DNA of 64,000 bases from Anolis carolinensis (Eukaryota), in the NCBI RefSeq assembly GCF_035594765.1, contig NW_026943821.1, positions 17,577,608-17,641,607 of the forward strand, written 5' to 3'. Under the pieces are notes generated by a model. That model did no database searches, was not told the DNA's origin, and saw only the letters and a list, made by a program, of their open reading frames with translations. Positions 36,254 through 48,366 of the stretch are shown one piece after another (the first letter of the stretch is position 1; the number at the start of each line of letters is the position of its first letter). Both the position numbers and the translations under genes were made by a program.

Positions 36254-36613
36254 CAGGATGTTTCAAAAAGATGGGCCCAATTTAAAATAGTTATATCTCT
36301 GCAACCACATGAATAAAACTTTTACCTGTTGAAAGGCTGAGGCATAAAGTTTTGAATGATACTGCTAGACGCCTCTCCCAGCGCACAATGAGCCCGTGGC
36401 CTCAGTCATTTGCAAGATGACAACCCAGCAACATAAGTCCTAATGAAATATTTTCCACTTGCAGGGTATTTTTAAAAAATGTTTCTGGCTCCCAAGTGGT
36501 CCATAAAATTTGATAACCCATTAAATTGTTTGTAACTTTTTGTGTAATTGTAAAATGCTGCACTTGTGAAATATACTGCTTTGAAATTGGGTCCACCATT
36601 TTGAAACACCTTG
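36254..36613. mobile_element. Tc1/mariner MITE
   Basis: TIRs (TA)CAGGATGTTTCAAAAAGATGGGCCCAATTT / AAATTGGGTCCACCATTTTGAAACACCTTG. Confidence 0.7.
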
Positions 36614-38190
36614 TGTTATTCAATAAGAAATACTGCACAGGGGTCCACAACTATGATCAGTCTCACCCAGAAAATTAAAGTGCATCTTGGAAGACAAAGT
36701 GTCTCCCAATATGTACTTCATGCCATTCATTCTGAATGGTATCTGGGTTGCATTTTGGGATGAGCTAAACTACAGTGGACTGAATGGAAGGTTTTGCTGT
36801 AAACACGAATGGTACCTTAAGCTGTGGGATACAAAAAGCCAAGTGCATGAAGCAGATAATCCAAAATGCTGCTTTCAAGTAGCTGCTAGGAATGGTGATT
36901 AGCTACCAAGCCAATCTAATATGAAAAATGATTCCCTTCTGGTGCTGCATCTTTACTTCTCCTTGACAAGGAGTGAGATAAATGTTTCTAAAGGTGTCTA
37001 CAACTTCACGGTGTGTTCAGGTCACATTTTTTTTTAGCATACCTACTGTTATTCCAAATTAAAATTTGTCTAACTGGATTTTTTAAACATTCACCATTTT
37101 GATGAATGGGTTACTTGTAAGGTATTTCAGGCTGCTATATATGAGTTCTATATTTGAGAACTTCTTTCATTTTGGGCCTGCTCAAATTCCCTGATCATGT
37201 ACTATGGAACTACAGAATGCTATTTATCATATCCTGTAACAATTACATAGTGATTGCAACTTTTAAAAACTTAATTTATAAGGCTTGGGAAATGATCTTG
37301 CAATTTTATCATGTTCAGATTCCTCAAGAGAAAGGTTAACTTCCCATATACAAAATACACTTACCCTACTATGAGCCATTCCTTCATACCAGCATTCACT
37401 TCAGGCTGAAAGCCTGTTCCTTGGTACCAGTCTACAGGGGCCTCTCCAATGGATGAAAAGGTGGTTCATGTATTGGACTTCTTCCAGAGACCTGTCCCTT
37501 TCCAGGGCCTCTGCAAGTATTCTTGCTGCTCATATCCACCAATCAAGCATTTCTTGGCAACTTGTATTTACACTTACCATAACTGTCTCCACTGTCCAAT
37601 AAGTCACTTAAGCCTTTGGCTTTTTATGATCTGTGACTTCTGATGTGAGAGTTTTTCAAGTGGTAGCTGCTTCCAGAAGAACATATGAGCCATGGTGCCT
37701 TACGAAGTCACCTCTACTTTGCTTCAGTAGAGATATATTAGTCCTGGGAACGGGTATTCCTTTTTGCTGAAGGTTGTGTCTGCTCCCTCCTTATAGAACA
37801 TCCAGTGTTCTTCGGAATCTTATCATTGGCTTGACGTGTTTTCTGGAGTTTCTATTCGGTGTATCCTCATATGGGTTTAGCTAGTATTCAGCTCGTGTGT
37901 GGAATAGCAGTCAAACAGCCTCCGGTTCAGGGGGGTGGCTTTGGCTTCACAGAGGGGCACAAGCAGGTTTACATGGTCGAGTCTAATGCACCTCAACTTT
38001 GGCTACGTAATTTAGTCAAAAAAAGGTATGCGTTGGACTGGTAATTTTGCAAGTTATCAATTGATCTGATCCACAGAAACCATGAAGAAAAAGAGACTGC
38101 TTACCTGTAACGGTTTCTGCAAGTGGTCATCTGTGAAATACACTACTGCACTCATTCACACCCCTCGTCATGTTCTGCCTCTCTTTAGAT

Positions 38191-38316
38191 CAGTGGTTCT
38201 CAACCTGTGGGTCTCCAGATGTTTTGGCATTCAACTCCCAGAAATCCTAACAGCTGGTAAACTGGCTGGGATTTCTGGGCCAAAACACCTGGGGACCCAC
38301 TGATTGAGAACCACTG
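38191..38316. mobile_element. hAT MITE (same family as 4526)
   Basis: CAGTGGTTCTCAAC / TTGAGAACCACTG. TSD ctttagat/cattagat. Confidence 0.8.
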
Positions 38317-38436
38317 CATTAGATGACTGACTGCTGATTGGGTACCAATGGAACAGGCTTAGGAGGGAATTGTAGGGGTGTGGCACCCACAGGGTGGGCA
38401 GGGCTTCTACCCAAATATATCATTAAAGCTCTAGAA

Positions 38437-38550
38437 CAGGACTGCACAACCTTTGAGGTTCTTTGGGACTCAAGATTCCCAAAGCCCTATCCAGCTTGTC
38501 CAATGGTCAGGAATCCTGGGAGCCGGGGGGCCCCGGGTTGCGTAGACCTG
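38437..38550. mobile_element. Short hAT MITE
   Basis: Imperfect TIRs CAGGACTGCACAACC / GGTTGCGTAGACCTG. Perfect 8-bp TSD ctctagaa. Confidence 0.75.
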
Positions 38551-40235
38551 CTCTAGAAGAGTTGATAGTGATCCATGCACTATGTGTGATTTTGCATATG
38601 ACCACTTGAAGAAACACAGTTACAGATAAGCAGCCTACCCTTTTATGTCCTGTCACTAAAAAGCTTTTTAACCTTCAACTTGCTTTTAAAAAGCCACCTC
38701 GTTTTAAAAATAAATGTCCTCTTCTTTAAAAGCACACTGCCAGTTATTTGGCAAATTCTCTCTGAAAGCATAAGTTCAATTTGATAGCACTGTAGCACAG
38801 CAGCTGTGTTCAACTCCCTTTGATCAACTTTCCATGTCACTCCTTCAGACATTGTACAACTGGTACCTCAACTTGGATCTTGCTCTGAAAAACACAGCAA
38901 CTTGGGATCCTATGAATTGTTCCCTGTAGAGGGAGGAACACTGAACACGATGTAACAAAAAGGTCTGACCCAGCAGGGCCATCAAGATATTCTAACAGAT
39001 TTCTCAGGATTTTGCTTGCCAGATCTGATATGTTCATTTCAGGAAAATTCTTTGAAGTGGGCACCTACAGTAATGCATTGCTGTGCTGATTCAGGCTGAG
39101 CAATGAGAAGAGGTCGCAAAGGTGGCTGACCTGAGCAACAGTTCAGAAGGATTGCTTTGTATTGTTTTTTTCACAATGGCCAAAGTACATTATCTCAATT
39201 GTGAAGCTTGTTGCCAAAAGGTATCAAATCCCAACTGAATAAATCTTAAGAGGAATTGGAAAAAAGTACAGAGGATATTGATTTTTTTTCCCTATAAAAT
39301 GCAATTCTCTTGTACCAAAGTGATTTGATACATTTTCATAGTTTTGATCTGTACATAATTTTCTACTCCTAGGCAACAATGTGCTGCCGTCTATAACTCA
39401 TTCTTCAGGATTTCTTTTGAATTTGATACCTTTGCAAAACAAACTCCACAACTGGGTTCTTGAGGTAGCCAAAGAACATTTTCCTGTGGTATGGTAATGA
39501 CAATAATGGCATGTTGTTGGTTACAAACAATTCATGAGAGCCTTTCTGAATTTCTGTAATAGTAACAACTGGGTGACCAGATTAATGAGCAAAAGCATTC
39601 CCTTTTAAAAGTAATATTCCAAGCATTTGTGACAGGCAAATTCATTCAAAGAATTTCAACTATTGGTACCTGCAATTGTACCTGTTGTTTGTCCATTCAT
39701 GTTTGTTAGGAATTTAACATTAGGCCACACTGGCATCATTTCAGTAGAATCTTTTGTAGTTGACAAGCGTCTCCGTGCTGAAAGGTTCCACTTGCATTTA
39801 GCAAGTCAGAAAGCTAGCTGAGCCCCTACAGTTGAGAGAGAAGACAACCCTGAGACAGACTTATCATCCAAGGGAGAAAATCCCATGTGAATGTTTCTGC
39901 AGCAGGGGCTCATGATCAGAACACAAATAGGGCTCAAAGCAAAATGGAAGAAATACAAATAACGGTGACATTCCACCATGACTTCCCAGGCCCTGCTGAT
40001 ATACTGCATATGGGCCCACCATTTCCTCAAATACAAACCAGTATCTGCTGGGGGCAAAATCATTCAATTGCTTATATAATCAGCTCTGGAAGCAGAACAG
40101 CACGGGTTGCTTTCCAGCCAACAAGACCACAGCTCCTGTCCTGGAAAAGAGCACAGCTCACCTCACAAATTTCCCAGCTTCTGTCTCCAGCAGAAAAGGT
40201 TCCACTTGACTACACACTTGTAAAATAAATTGCAC

Positions 40236-40241
40236 TTTAAT
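40236..40241 (-). terminator. Candidate poly(A) signal (ATTAAA) of the B4GALT3-like gene
   Basis: ATTAAA on the minus strand about 320 nt after the stop, followed by U-rich and GU-rich elements (TTTATTTT, GTGTGT). Confidence 0.4.
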
Positions 40242-40556
40242 AAGAAAAACCATGGTGCAGCAACAGGGGAGGTTCAGACTGCAAAGGTCAGTCCTACTGT
40301 GCTGCTCCTTTAACCAAGGTACGAAAGGCATCTCACAAACTAAGTCCCCAGAAGTCAGGCTCCACTACCACCCAAGATAAAACTGCTGGGGGCAGTGGAA
40401 GGAAAGTGTGTATAAAGTTCCCACTGAGTCTTACTGCAGTCTCCCCATGACACAACTGCAGTGCTCAGGGCTAGACATCCTTTTCCGGATTCTTTGGTTT
40501 TTTCAGTCCAGGAGCAATGTCAATGTCTTGTTCCATGCCACTCAAAGGCAAGCGCA

Positions 40557-40707
40557 TCACGTGGACCGTTGCATTCCCTTCTCGGTGCCAATGAAGACCG
40601 TGATATTTGTGTAGAGAGGTTGCAATTCCTTGGAAAGCAACTGGTACTCCAATGTGTTCATACCATCCTGTTTCCACGTTCTCTTTGTCTTGGCCAGCAA
40701 GTTAAAT
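40557..40707 (-). CDS. B4GALT3-like last coding exon ([25 protein letters not shown])
   Basis: Acceptor TTCCAG|A, stop TGA ending at 40557. Confidence 0.93.
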
Positions 40708-43700
40708 CTGGAAGAGAAAGTAACAAAAAAAAACCTCTTATTCAAGCATTGCCTACTCTTCCCCTACCAATACGTTTGTGTTTTAGGGACAAACTGCATT
40801 CTTTTTACAGAGATTTCTAGTGGAATAGTATTTGGTCAATATTCTGCAGTGTGGTAAAACAATCAGTTTTCTATAATAAAGAGTATATCTGTAACAGAAG
40901 GTACACAAGCCACTCAATTATTAAGTGGCTTGTCTGAAGAAAGTTCACAGGGTGGGATGAAGAACACATAGGTTGGAAAAGGAATAGAAGAGTAACAGTG
41001 GTAAAAAAAAAAGTCCAGTTTTAAAAGCAGGAACTTTATCAATAATGAGAAGTGGTTCTGAGTTGAAATGATCTCAGAACACACAACTGGGACAAAAAAA
41101 AAACAACAACAACATGCAGCCCTCAGAAGGAAATTATTAGCAATGAGTAAGAACCAAGCAACATTCAGTGCTGTTATAGCCAGAATTTAAGATTGATCAG
41201 AATCAGCCAGTAAGCTTTCTATAGTTACAAGCATTTAGTCCTGATTATTTGGCTCCTCAAAAATAGGATTGTAGGAAGACCTGCTACACAATGATCAAGA
41301 AAAAAATCAGCATAAAAATATAAAACCTATATAGTTCTAACATAACTGCTCTAGAACCCTTCTTCCTTAACTTCAATGCATCTTAAGGAATTGTCCCGGG
41401 TTGTCATCTCACTCTAGTGTGTTAATCCTGGCTAAACTCACAGCTTTCTTTTATGAAGTTCAGCTGCAAATAATGCAGGCCATCATATAAGTTTGAGGAT
41501 GGTCAGACTTCACTGTCACATGGACAAAATAAATTATTCTCCATGAGTCGTTTACCTCTGGTACCATCTGCATCACAAATGCATCCTGAGTAGAATAGAT
41601 TCTGCAGGTATTAACAAAGCTTGCAGGGAACAAAAGGGAAGGGCTTGTGTATATTTGGGGATCTACATTTATGTATGAGAAACCTGGTTGCCCAAGAGTG
41701 GTTTCTTCCCCCAGGAGTTCTCTCCCACTCACCTCTTGGGGTTCTGCTCGTTGCCCTTGTCGTGTCCATGTTTGATCATACGGTAACGGCCATATTGAAC
41801 AGATGGGCGGGAGATCACCATCCCACTCAATGCCACCCTGGAGGAGAGGAGAGAGACATTTTGGCATCGGTTGGAACCTGAAAGTGCCTGCAACACATGT
41901 ACAGGTATCTCAACAGTCAAGACAACTCATACAGTACACTCGGTTTCAGCATCTTCAAATCTGACCCACTGCATTTGTGACATTCTTCATACACCCCAGA
42001 AAAAAATGTATAAACTTGTAGTTTCCTGATCCACCCCAATCTCTGCCCATGTTCTGCTTGTTCTACACAGTCTCTAGGAATTACCACATGCCTTGTGAGC
42101 CAGGATTCCGGAGGTCCCACCCTGCATTTATAACAGGCCTGTCTGTGTGCAGCAGGTGGCTGAATACCTGACAATGCATCTGTTTGCTCTTCTATCACTA
42201 AGATTTGGCAAGAGAATTCTTACCGGACTGCAATGTCGTCATCTTCACCGCCCCAGCCCCAGTAGTTGTTGGGAAAGCCATTCATCTTCATATATTGCTC
42301 TGGACTGAGCGCTGCAACACCTCCAAAGTAGGTCTTGTAGGGAAGCCTAACAGAATATTAATTGAAATGGGCATTTAGAAAGCAGTAGGTTACCAACTAA
42401 TACTGTGCACAATCTCAAGAGAAAATCCTGCAGAATCTCTTCTTGTGTTTAGAATCCCCTGCTATAGAACAGGGTTGTAATCTAAGGATGATACGAAGAG
42501 AGACATGGGATGCAAAATAGACTTGGATGTAACATCTTATGTAACTGTTACATTAACCAAATGAAATAGCCAATTCTGGGAGAGAAGAGGTCAAATAGCA
42601 GTGGGTCCAATCAAATTAAAACTCCACTGTATCCTCACATCTCCCTCTGACATAGAAATGATTTTAGGGCTTTCATGGGCAGCACTCTAGTTTATTTCAG
42701 AAGAGGCCATTTCGGAGCTACCGCCTTTCTTGCAGCAACATTCATAAGCAACTGAAGCTCTAAGTAAAGATTCAAACCCAGGTATCCCTGAGCTTAAATC
42801 TAACAAGCTATCGCAACACACACTATTCCCACAGCCCAGTTAGCAGTCTGCAAAACATGAAAAGGAACTCTTTTTAGCACAATATTATTTTTAGAAAGAA
42901 CTAAAACATAAAGGATATCTATTTTTAAAAGGAAAGAGTTGGTGAGTAGAAATAAGAGGGGCATTCTGGGTGGAGGGAATATAATGCTCAGTTAACTCAC
43001 TTGTAACCAAACTTGTCCATAGCGATAGCCACATGTTTAGGAAACCGGTCACAGGTATACATGTTGCGATCGTCTTCAGGGATAAGGTCCACATCATGGA
43101 AGAAAATACAGTCCCAGTCCTCATCCTTCATAGCCTCCTTAAAGCCCACATTCAAGAGTTTGGCTCTATTAAAAATGTAGTTCTCAGCCTGAGAAAAATG
43201 AGTGATACAAGTAAATACACATGTACACAACCCACACTAAAAGACTTCCTCCACGACGCCATTCTCTCACAATCAGACATTACTGCTCATGATATGCATT
43301 CCAACTTTATAAACTTTTAATAGGACCTCAGTTGTCCCCGGCTGATCTCCTCCCACTTCAAGGATCTCAAGCATACTGGCCTACTCCCAACACTCCCTTC
43401 TGTTCTACTGTTGTCAGTATATCTGGCTTGGGTTCAGCTCTTCAGCATAGTTGAAAGTCACGACTTGCTGCTTACTGCCCCTCTCTATTGCCTAGCTCTG
43501 AAACCATATTTGGTTGGCTAACTGCCTACAGTGAAAATTCCAAAGGAGAGACAAAGATGAGGCTGCTAAGTTTGCGCTCCATTCTCCTAACTGCAGAGAA
43601 AAATACACCAATGGAGAAACAGAGATGGTATGGGGCCATTGCCAAGTTCCTGCAACTGGCAGAGAAGAATTGTGGATCTCTTTCCCACTATTGTTGCTGC

Positions 43701-46175
43701 AAAGGGCCCCCACTCCCAGTTTTAATTTCAACATTTGCCTCTTTCCTGAGAATGTGCTGGAAACCTGGACCCAAATCCTACTATATGTTCTTACTAGAAC
43801 AGATACATTGAATCAACTGGACTGGCCAATGTGTTGACTCACCATAAAAGCAATAGATTCAATGGGTCACTTTTTACCTGCGATTAAATAACAGAATCAT
43901 ATCCTATGTTTCCTGCCTCCCCAGGCTCTCAACTACTACCATACCTGATGGATGATGTAGATACCATAACTAAGCTGCTGCCTTTGTAAAAACGGGTGCA
44001 GGTAGTAGAGCAGATACTTCAAGTGCTGCTCCCGATTGCGATGGGGAATGATCACAGCTGTTTTATGGATGGAATCACAGTCTGGGGGCCGGTAGCGACC
44101 CCCTTTGCTCACATAAGGATTCTTCCTCACAATGTCTTCCAGTGTCAGGTATGGAGGAAAGGTTACCCGAATGGGGCCTCCTGCAGATGGATAGAGACGT
44201 GTCAGTAAACACATTATGTGTCAACAGATTGGAGGTCTCCCTCACAGCAAACCAAAGTTCCCATGGAAAACAATTCAAAATAATTTCATTATAGATCAAA
44301 CTGAGTTACAAGACTAACTTTTTTTTATTATTCCAATGTCCTTATTTTCACCACCCATTTTATTTCTGGTCATATTGTCAACCTTCAATGATGTGTTTAA
44401 AGTCTTCAATTGTCATTTCTAGGAGGGGAAAAATAAGTGAAAGGAGAGTAAATTCTTTCAGTTCATGAATGTGTAAACATAAACAACTAACTAAAAAGTA
44501 TGCATAAAATGGATCCATAAGTTACAAGTTCCATTTTTGTTGGTTTTTGAAACTATAGTTTTTTATTTACTAGTTAATGTTACAGTGACAAAAATTGCTG
44601 TTCTTTTTCATTCGACCAGCCAGACGTATATAAACTTTCCAGAAGAATATCATGGTTAATGGTATCAAAAGCTGCCAATCTCGAAGCACCAATAGGGACT
44701 CATTCCTCCAGTAAGTGTTATGATGGAGATCATCCACTAAGGCAACCATAGCAGTCTCAACTCCATATCCTGCTCTGAAGCTGGTTTGAAATGGGTCAGG
44801 GAAGTGTGTCATCCAAAACTGCCTGGAGTTGGAGGGCAACTGCCTTCTCAATTACCTTGCCCAAAAAAATGAAGATACCCTGAGAGATGTATTGATAATT
44901 TGTTGTATTTGAGATCAAATTGCATCTCCTCTCTGGACAACCAGCCAAGAGGGACAGAGATCAAGAAAGAAGGTTGTGCTCCTTACTTGTCCCAATAGCT
45001 TGTCCACATCAGCAGTACTCATCAGTTGAATCAGATCTAGTGTAATCCCATTCAAAGCATCATTAAAGGTATCACAATAAGCTACTGAAGGTACTACCAG
45101 CAGGTTCAGAGGTGAGGGTACTTGGGATAGACCTCTCACCATCCTGAACAGCTCAGTTGGACATGAATTTGTGGATGCAATACGTGTGGAAAAGAAAGCT
45201 TTATTTACTGCACATATTGTCACATTAAAGGAACAAAGATGTCGGGCTTTCTGACATCTGCACTCTATTATTTATTTCAAATATTTCTATCCCGCCCTTC
45301 TCACCCGGAGGGACTCAGGGCGGCGTACAATTGGCAACAATTCGATGCCGATACATCATTAAAAACAACATATAAAAATATATTACAACCAATTAAATAC
45401 AGTATAAAATATAAAACATAAAACATATGCTTAAAATCCGTTCGTCCAATATCCTCCAACTTTATCCATAGAACAATCTGGGTCGTCTTTATCATTTATT
45501 CGTTAAAAGCCTGGGCACATAGCCATGTTTTTAAGGCTTTTCTAAAACTCAAGTCATTGTCCTTCCCATTTCAGTTCCCTGAGAGTCTCTGTATACCAGG
45601 AAGACTGGTTAGTAACGAATTGGAGAGGGCATTTGGAGCTATCGTGTCAATAATCTTGGTTAGATTTTTATTCCACTTACTCATCAGGGCATCACCAGGA
45701 TCATTGATGATACCTGCCATAGAAGGCCTTCATGGGTGGGCCATTTAAAAGATCCTCCACCCCTGACTGAGTAGATTGTAGCTGTGATACTCTATGGATT
45801 ACTTGTGTTTATTTCTATTTGTCTAAAGTTCTATCTCAGTCAAGAGAATTAAAGTCTTGGCTTAGAACCCAATGTCCACCAAAACCAAAATCTAGGTGCT
45901 TTGGTTCTCTTACCAAGGAAAGGAGACACCTCTGGACAGTAAGGAAGGTCATCTGGGGGCAGAGGAGGTCGGGCAATCAAGCTGAGGTTGGCGTAGACAT
46001 CCCCTGGGAGTGAGGCATTGTGTAAGCTGGCCAACATCGTCAATGTGCCCCCTTTGTAGAAAATGCCTAGGAAATAGGCAACACGTTTCCGGTAGCCTTC
46101 GTGGTACAGCAGAGCCATCACCACCAACTGCACTCCCAGGAAGACCAGCAGGTAGCGGCCACGCACCTGCAGCAT
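40557..46175 (-). CDS. Beta-1,4-galactosyltransferase, GT7 family, B4GALT3-like (6 coding exons, 1065 nt, 354 aa)
   Basis: Exons 46175-45914, 44180-43945, 43188-43001, 42346-42224, 41837-41733 and 40707-40557 (262/236/188/123/105/151 nt) are all GT-AG and in phase. Type II TM signal anchor, [28 protein letters not shown] and KH..DKGN motifs. Kozak CCGCCATG. Confidence 0.94.
41733..41837 (-). CDS. B4GALT3-like coding exon 5
   Basis: [25 protein letters not shown], 105 nt. Confidence 0.94.
42224..42346 (-). CDS. B4GALT3-like coding exon 4
   Basis: [29 protein letters not shown], 123 nt. Translated by hand. Confidence 0.95.
43001..43188 (-). CDS. B4GALT3-like coding exon 3
   Basis: [27 protein letters not shown], 188 nt. 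Confidence 0.95.
43945..44180 (-). CDS. B4GALT3-like coding exon 2
   Basis: GPIRVTF..GGRYRP..IPHRNRE..LQRQQL..IHQ, 236 nt. Confidence 0.95.
44625..45220 (-). mobile_element. L2 LINE reverse-transcriptase remnants
   Basis: Degenerate peptides [14 protein letters not shown] and [24 protein letters not shown] are typical of L2 RT. Confidence 0.75.
45265..45555 (-). mobile_element. L2 3' end
   Basis: TTTATTT..ATCCCGCCCTTCTCACCCGGAGGGACTCAGGGCGG tail on the minus strand. Confidence 0.65.
45914..46175 (-). CDS. B4GALT3-like first coding exon (cytoplasmic tail, TM, stem)
   Basis: [42 protein letters not shown]. Donor G|GTAAGA in phase 1. Confidence 0.92.
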
Positions 46176-48151
46176 GGCGGAACAGGACCAGGATCATCTA
46201 TCCATAGTGCAGCTGGGCCTAAAGGTGCCAGCAACAAAGGCGAAAGGAAACAGCAACCTGCTGGGAACACAAGAGTTTAAAAAGAGAACTTAGTCAAATG
46301 AATCCATTCAGATAAACAGATACATAATCGATCCCACAGATTTTTTAAAATAGAATCTTATAAAACCATATGATAGCAAGCAACATCTTAAGGTCATTCT
46401 TCCCTCTTTCTCTTTCAAATGACACTGACTGCAACATAAACATGCAAAACAGGCAAACAGTATTTTGTTTTGATGAATTATTCATTTATTTATGTCCTAC
46501 TGTTTTCCCAACCTTGTTCACTCAAAGTGGTTTAAAAAATTAAATACATATAAAGGTCCACATCACTGAAAATGTACGAAGATAATTAGATCAGCAATTA
46601 GAATTTAAAGCATAATGATTAAAATGCAACGAATGTAGAAAATGCAGCAGATTATTAAAAGCCATCTCCAAATAGTCATTTCCCAAAGGCCTGACAAAGC
46701 AAAAAGCCTTCATCAGCTACCAGAGGGCCACCATGGAGGTCTTGACTCCAGAAAGCGAGTTCAACAGCACAGGAACGACCAACAAGAAAAGCAAGTTTAT
46801 AAAAATCTGACTGACAGATAAATTAATAATTCTCTCAAACTGGCAACAGTTCTAGTAAAAAATCAGATTTGCGGGAGATAACTGTTCCAGTCAGTGCACT
46901 ATCAGAAAAGCATCTTTCTCACTTGTGTGTAGGTAAAAAAGCTCAAATTTTTTATCCATACATCCCAGTAAGATCCACAGCCTGGCCAATCCACGCACCA
47001 AACACAAGACAAATCTGCTCACCACAATCTTAAACATGCAAATGGCCAGACAAGACATATTAGCAGCTTACCCCTACCTCTCCAGATGCATAAGAAGCCA
47101 CACTGAAGCAAGACCAACTGTAGACTCACTATTTTCCTTGTTCCTTTTTAATGTTGGCATATTGGCTTTGCTCCAGGATAACTGTTTGCTGGGCAGGGCA
47201 TGGGATCCCATAACAACTGTCACTCACAGTTAATGTGGAAGAGGAATTTACAGGTGCTCTGAATTTATAGCTGTGAAATTTGCTCTTCCACATTGCAGTC
47301 CTCATGGATTCTGTCACTTCAGAATCTGTAACTAGGTAGGGACAATGTTTATGTGTGTTGTCAAAGGCTTTATGTGATCTCCATAGATACATCAGCTCAG
47401 GAACAACAAGGACACACACACAAATGCATAGAGAAATTTCACAAGAGCAGTGCATTTTGGATGAAACTTGGAAATATATTCCTATAATATCCCAACTCAA
47501 ATCCTGGGAGCTGGAATCCCCCTTTAAAAAGAAAAATCATAATTCTTAAGATCTGCCTATAGCCTATAGAACCTTTTGGCTGACCAATTAAAGAAACTAC
47601 CAAAAGAGAAAACTGCCTATATGAGAAAGGACATTTATTTGGACTTGAATTATTTATGAAATGTCCTTATGTGAGCAGATTTGGAACCGTATTACAACTT
47701 CTGGGATAAGATTCCCTTTGAAGGGAAAGGAGATATTTTAGTCACAATTGGAATATTCATTCTTTTGACAGTTCATCCTAAATCCAAGTCCGGCAAAGTG
47801 GGACTGAGGAGATACAAACTAGGCAAAGGGAGAGTAGATCACTAATCTGTTTTAATCAATAATATTAAAAAGAAAACACATCAGTGAAATCTAGTAAAGA
47901 GCTCTCTCCCAACCTTTTACATTTAATCAAACACCCTCCTACCCAGTGGAATGTATGGACCTTGTTTCAGCTGTGGTTTTCAACTTCAATCTTGACCAAT
48001 TCTTAACTCCTGACTATCAGGATTATTACTAGAGAAACCAGTTTCAAAATATCCTCCTCCTAAGGGTACATATTTTACAACAGTCTTGTTGATTATGTTC
48101 TATCAATATTACACTACCTGTTTCTGATCAAAGTGTGAAAAGGTGTACTGT

Positions 48152-48366
48152 GTTGTCGAAGGCTTTCATGGCTGGGATCACAGGGTTGTTGTATGTTTTC
48201 TGGGCTGTATGGCCATGTTCCAGAAGTATTATTTCCTGACATTTCGCCCATATCTATGGCAGGCATACCTCAACCTCTGAGGATGCCTGCCATAGATGTG
48301 GGCGAAACGTCAGGAGAGAATACTTCTGGAACACGGCCATACAGATCGGAAAACATACAACAACCC
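48152..48366. mobile_element. Penelope-like inverted pLTR insertion
   Basis: Inverted pair of terminal fragments flanked by a perfect 14-bp duplication aaaaggtgtactgt (48138-48151, 48367-48380). Confidence 0.85.
48274..48314 (+). ncRNA. Minimal type I hammerhead ribozyme motif (Penelope-associated)
   Basis: ccu-CUGAGGA-u-GCCUGC(cauagau)GUGGGC-GAAAC-GUC-agg: core boxes, stem II, short stem I and a loopless palindromic stem III. Confidence 0.7.

Noticed and set aside
39195-39456. Weak inverted repeat (AAAGGTATCAAAT / ATTTGATACCTTT)
   Set aside because: Possibly an old MITE, but the ends and TSD cannot be defined.
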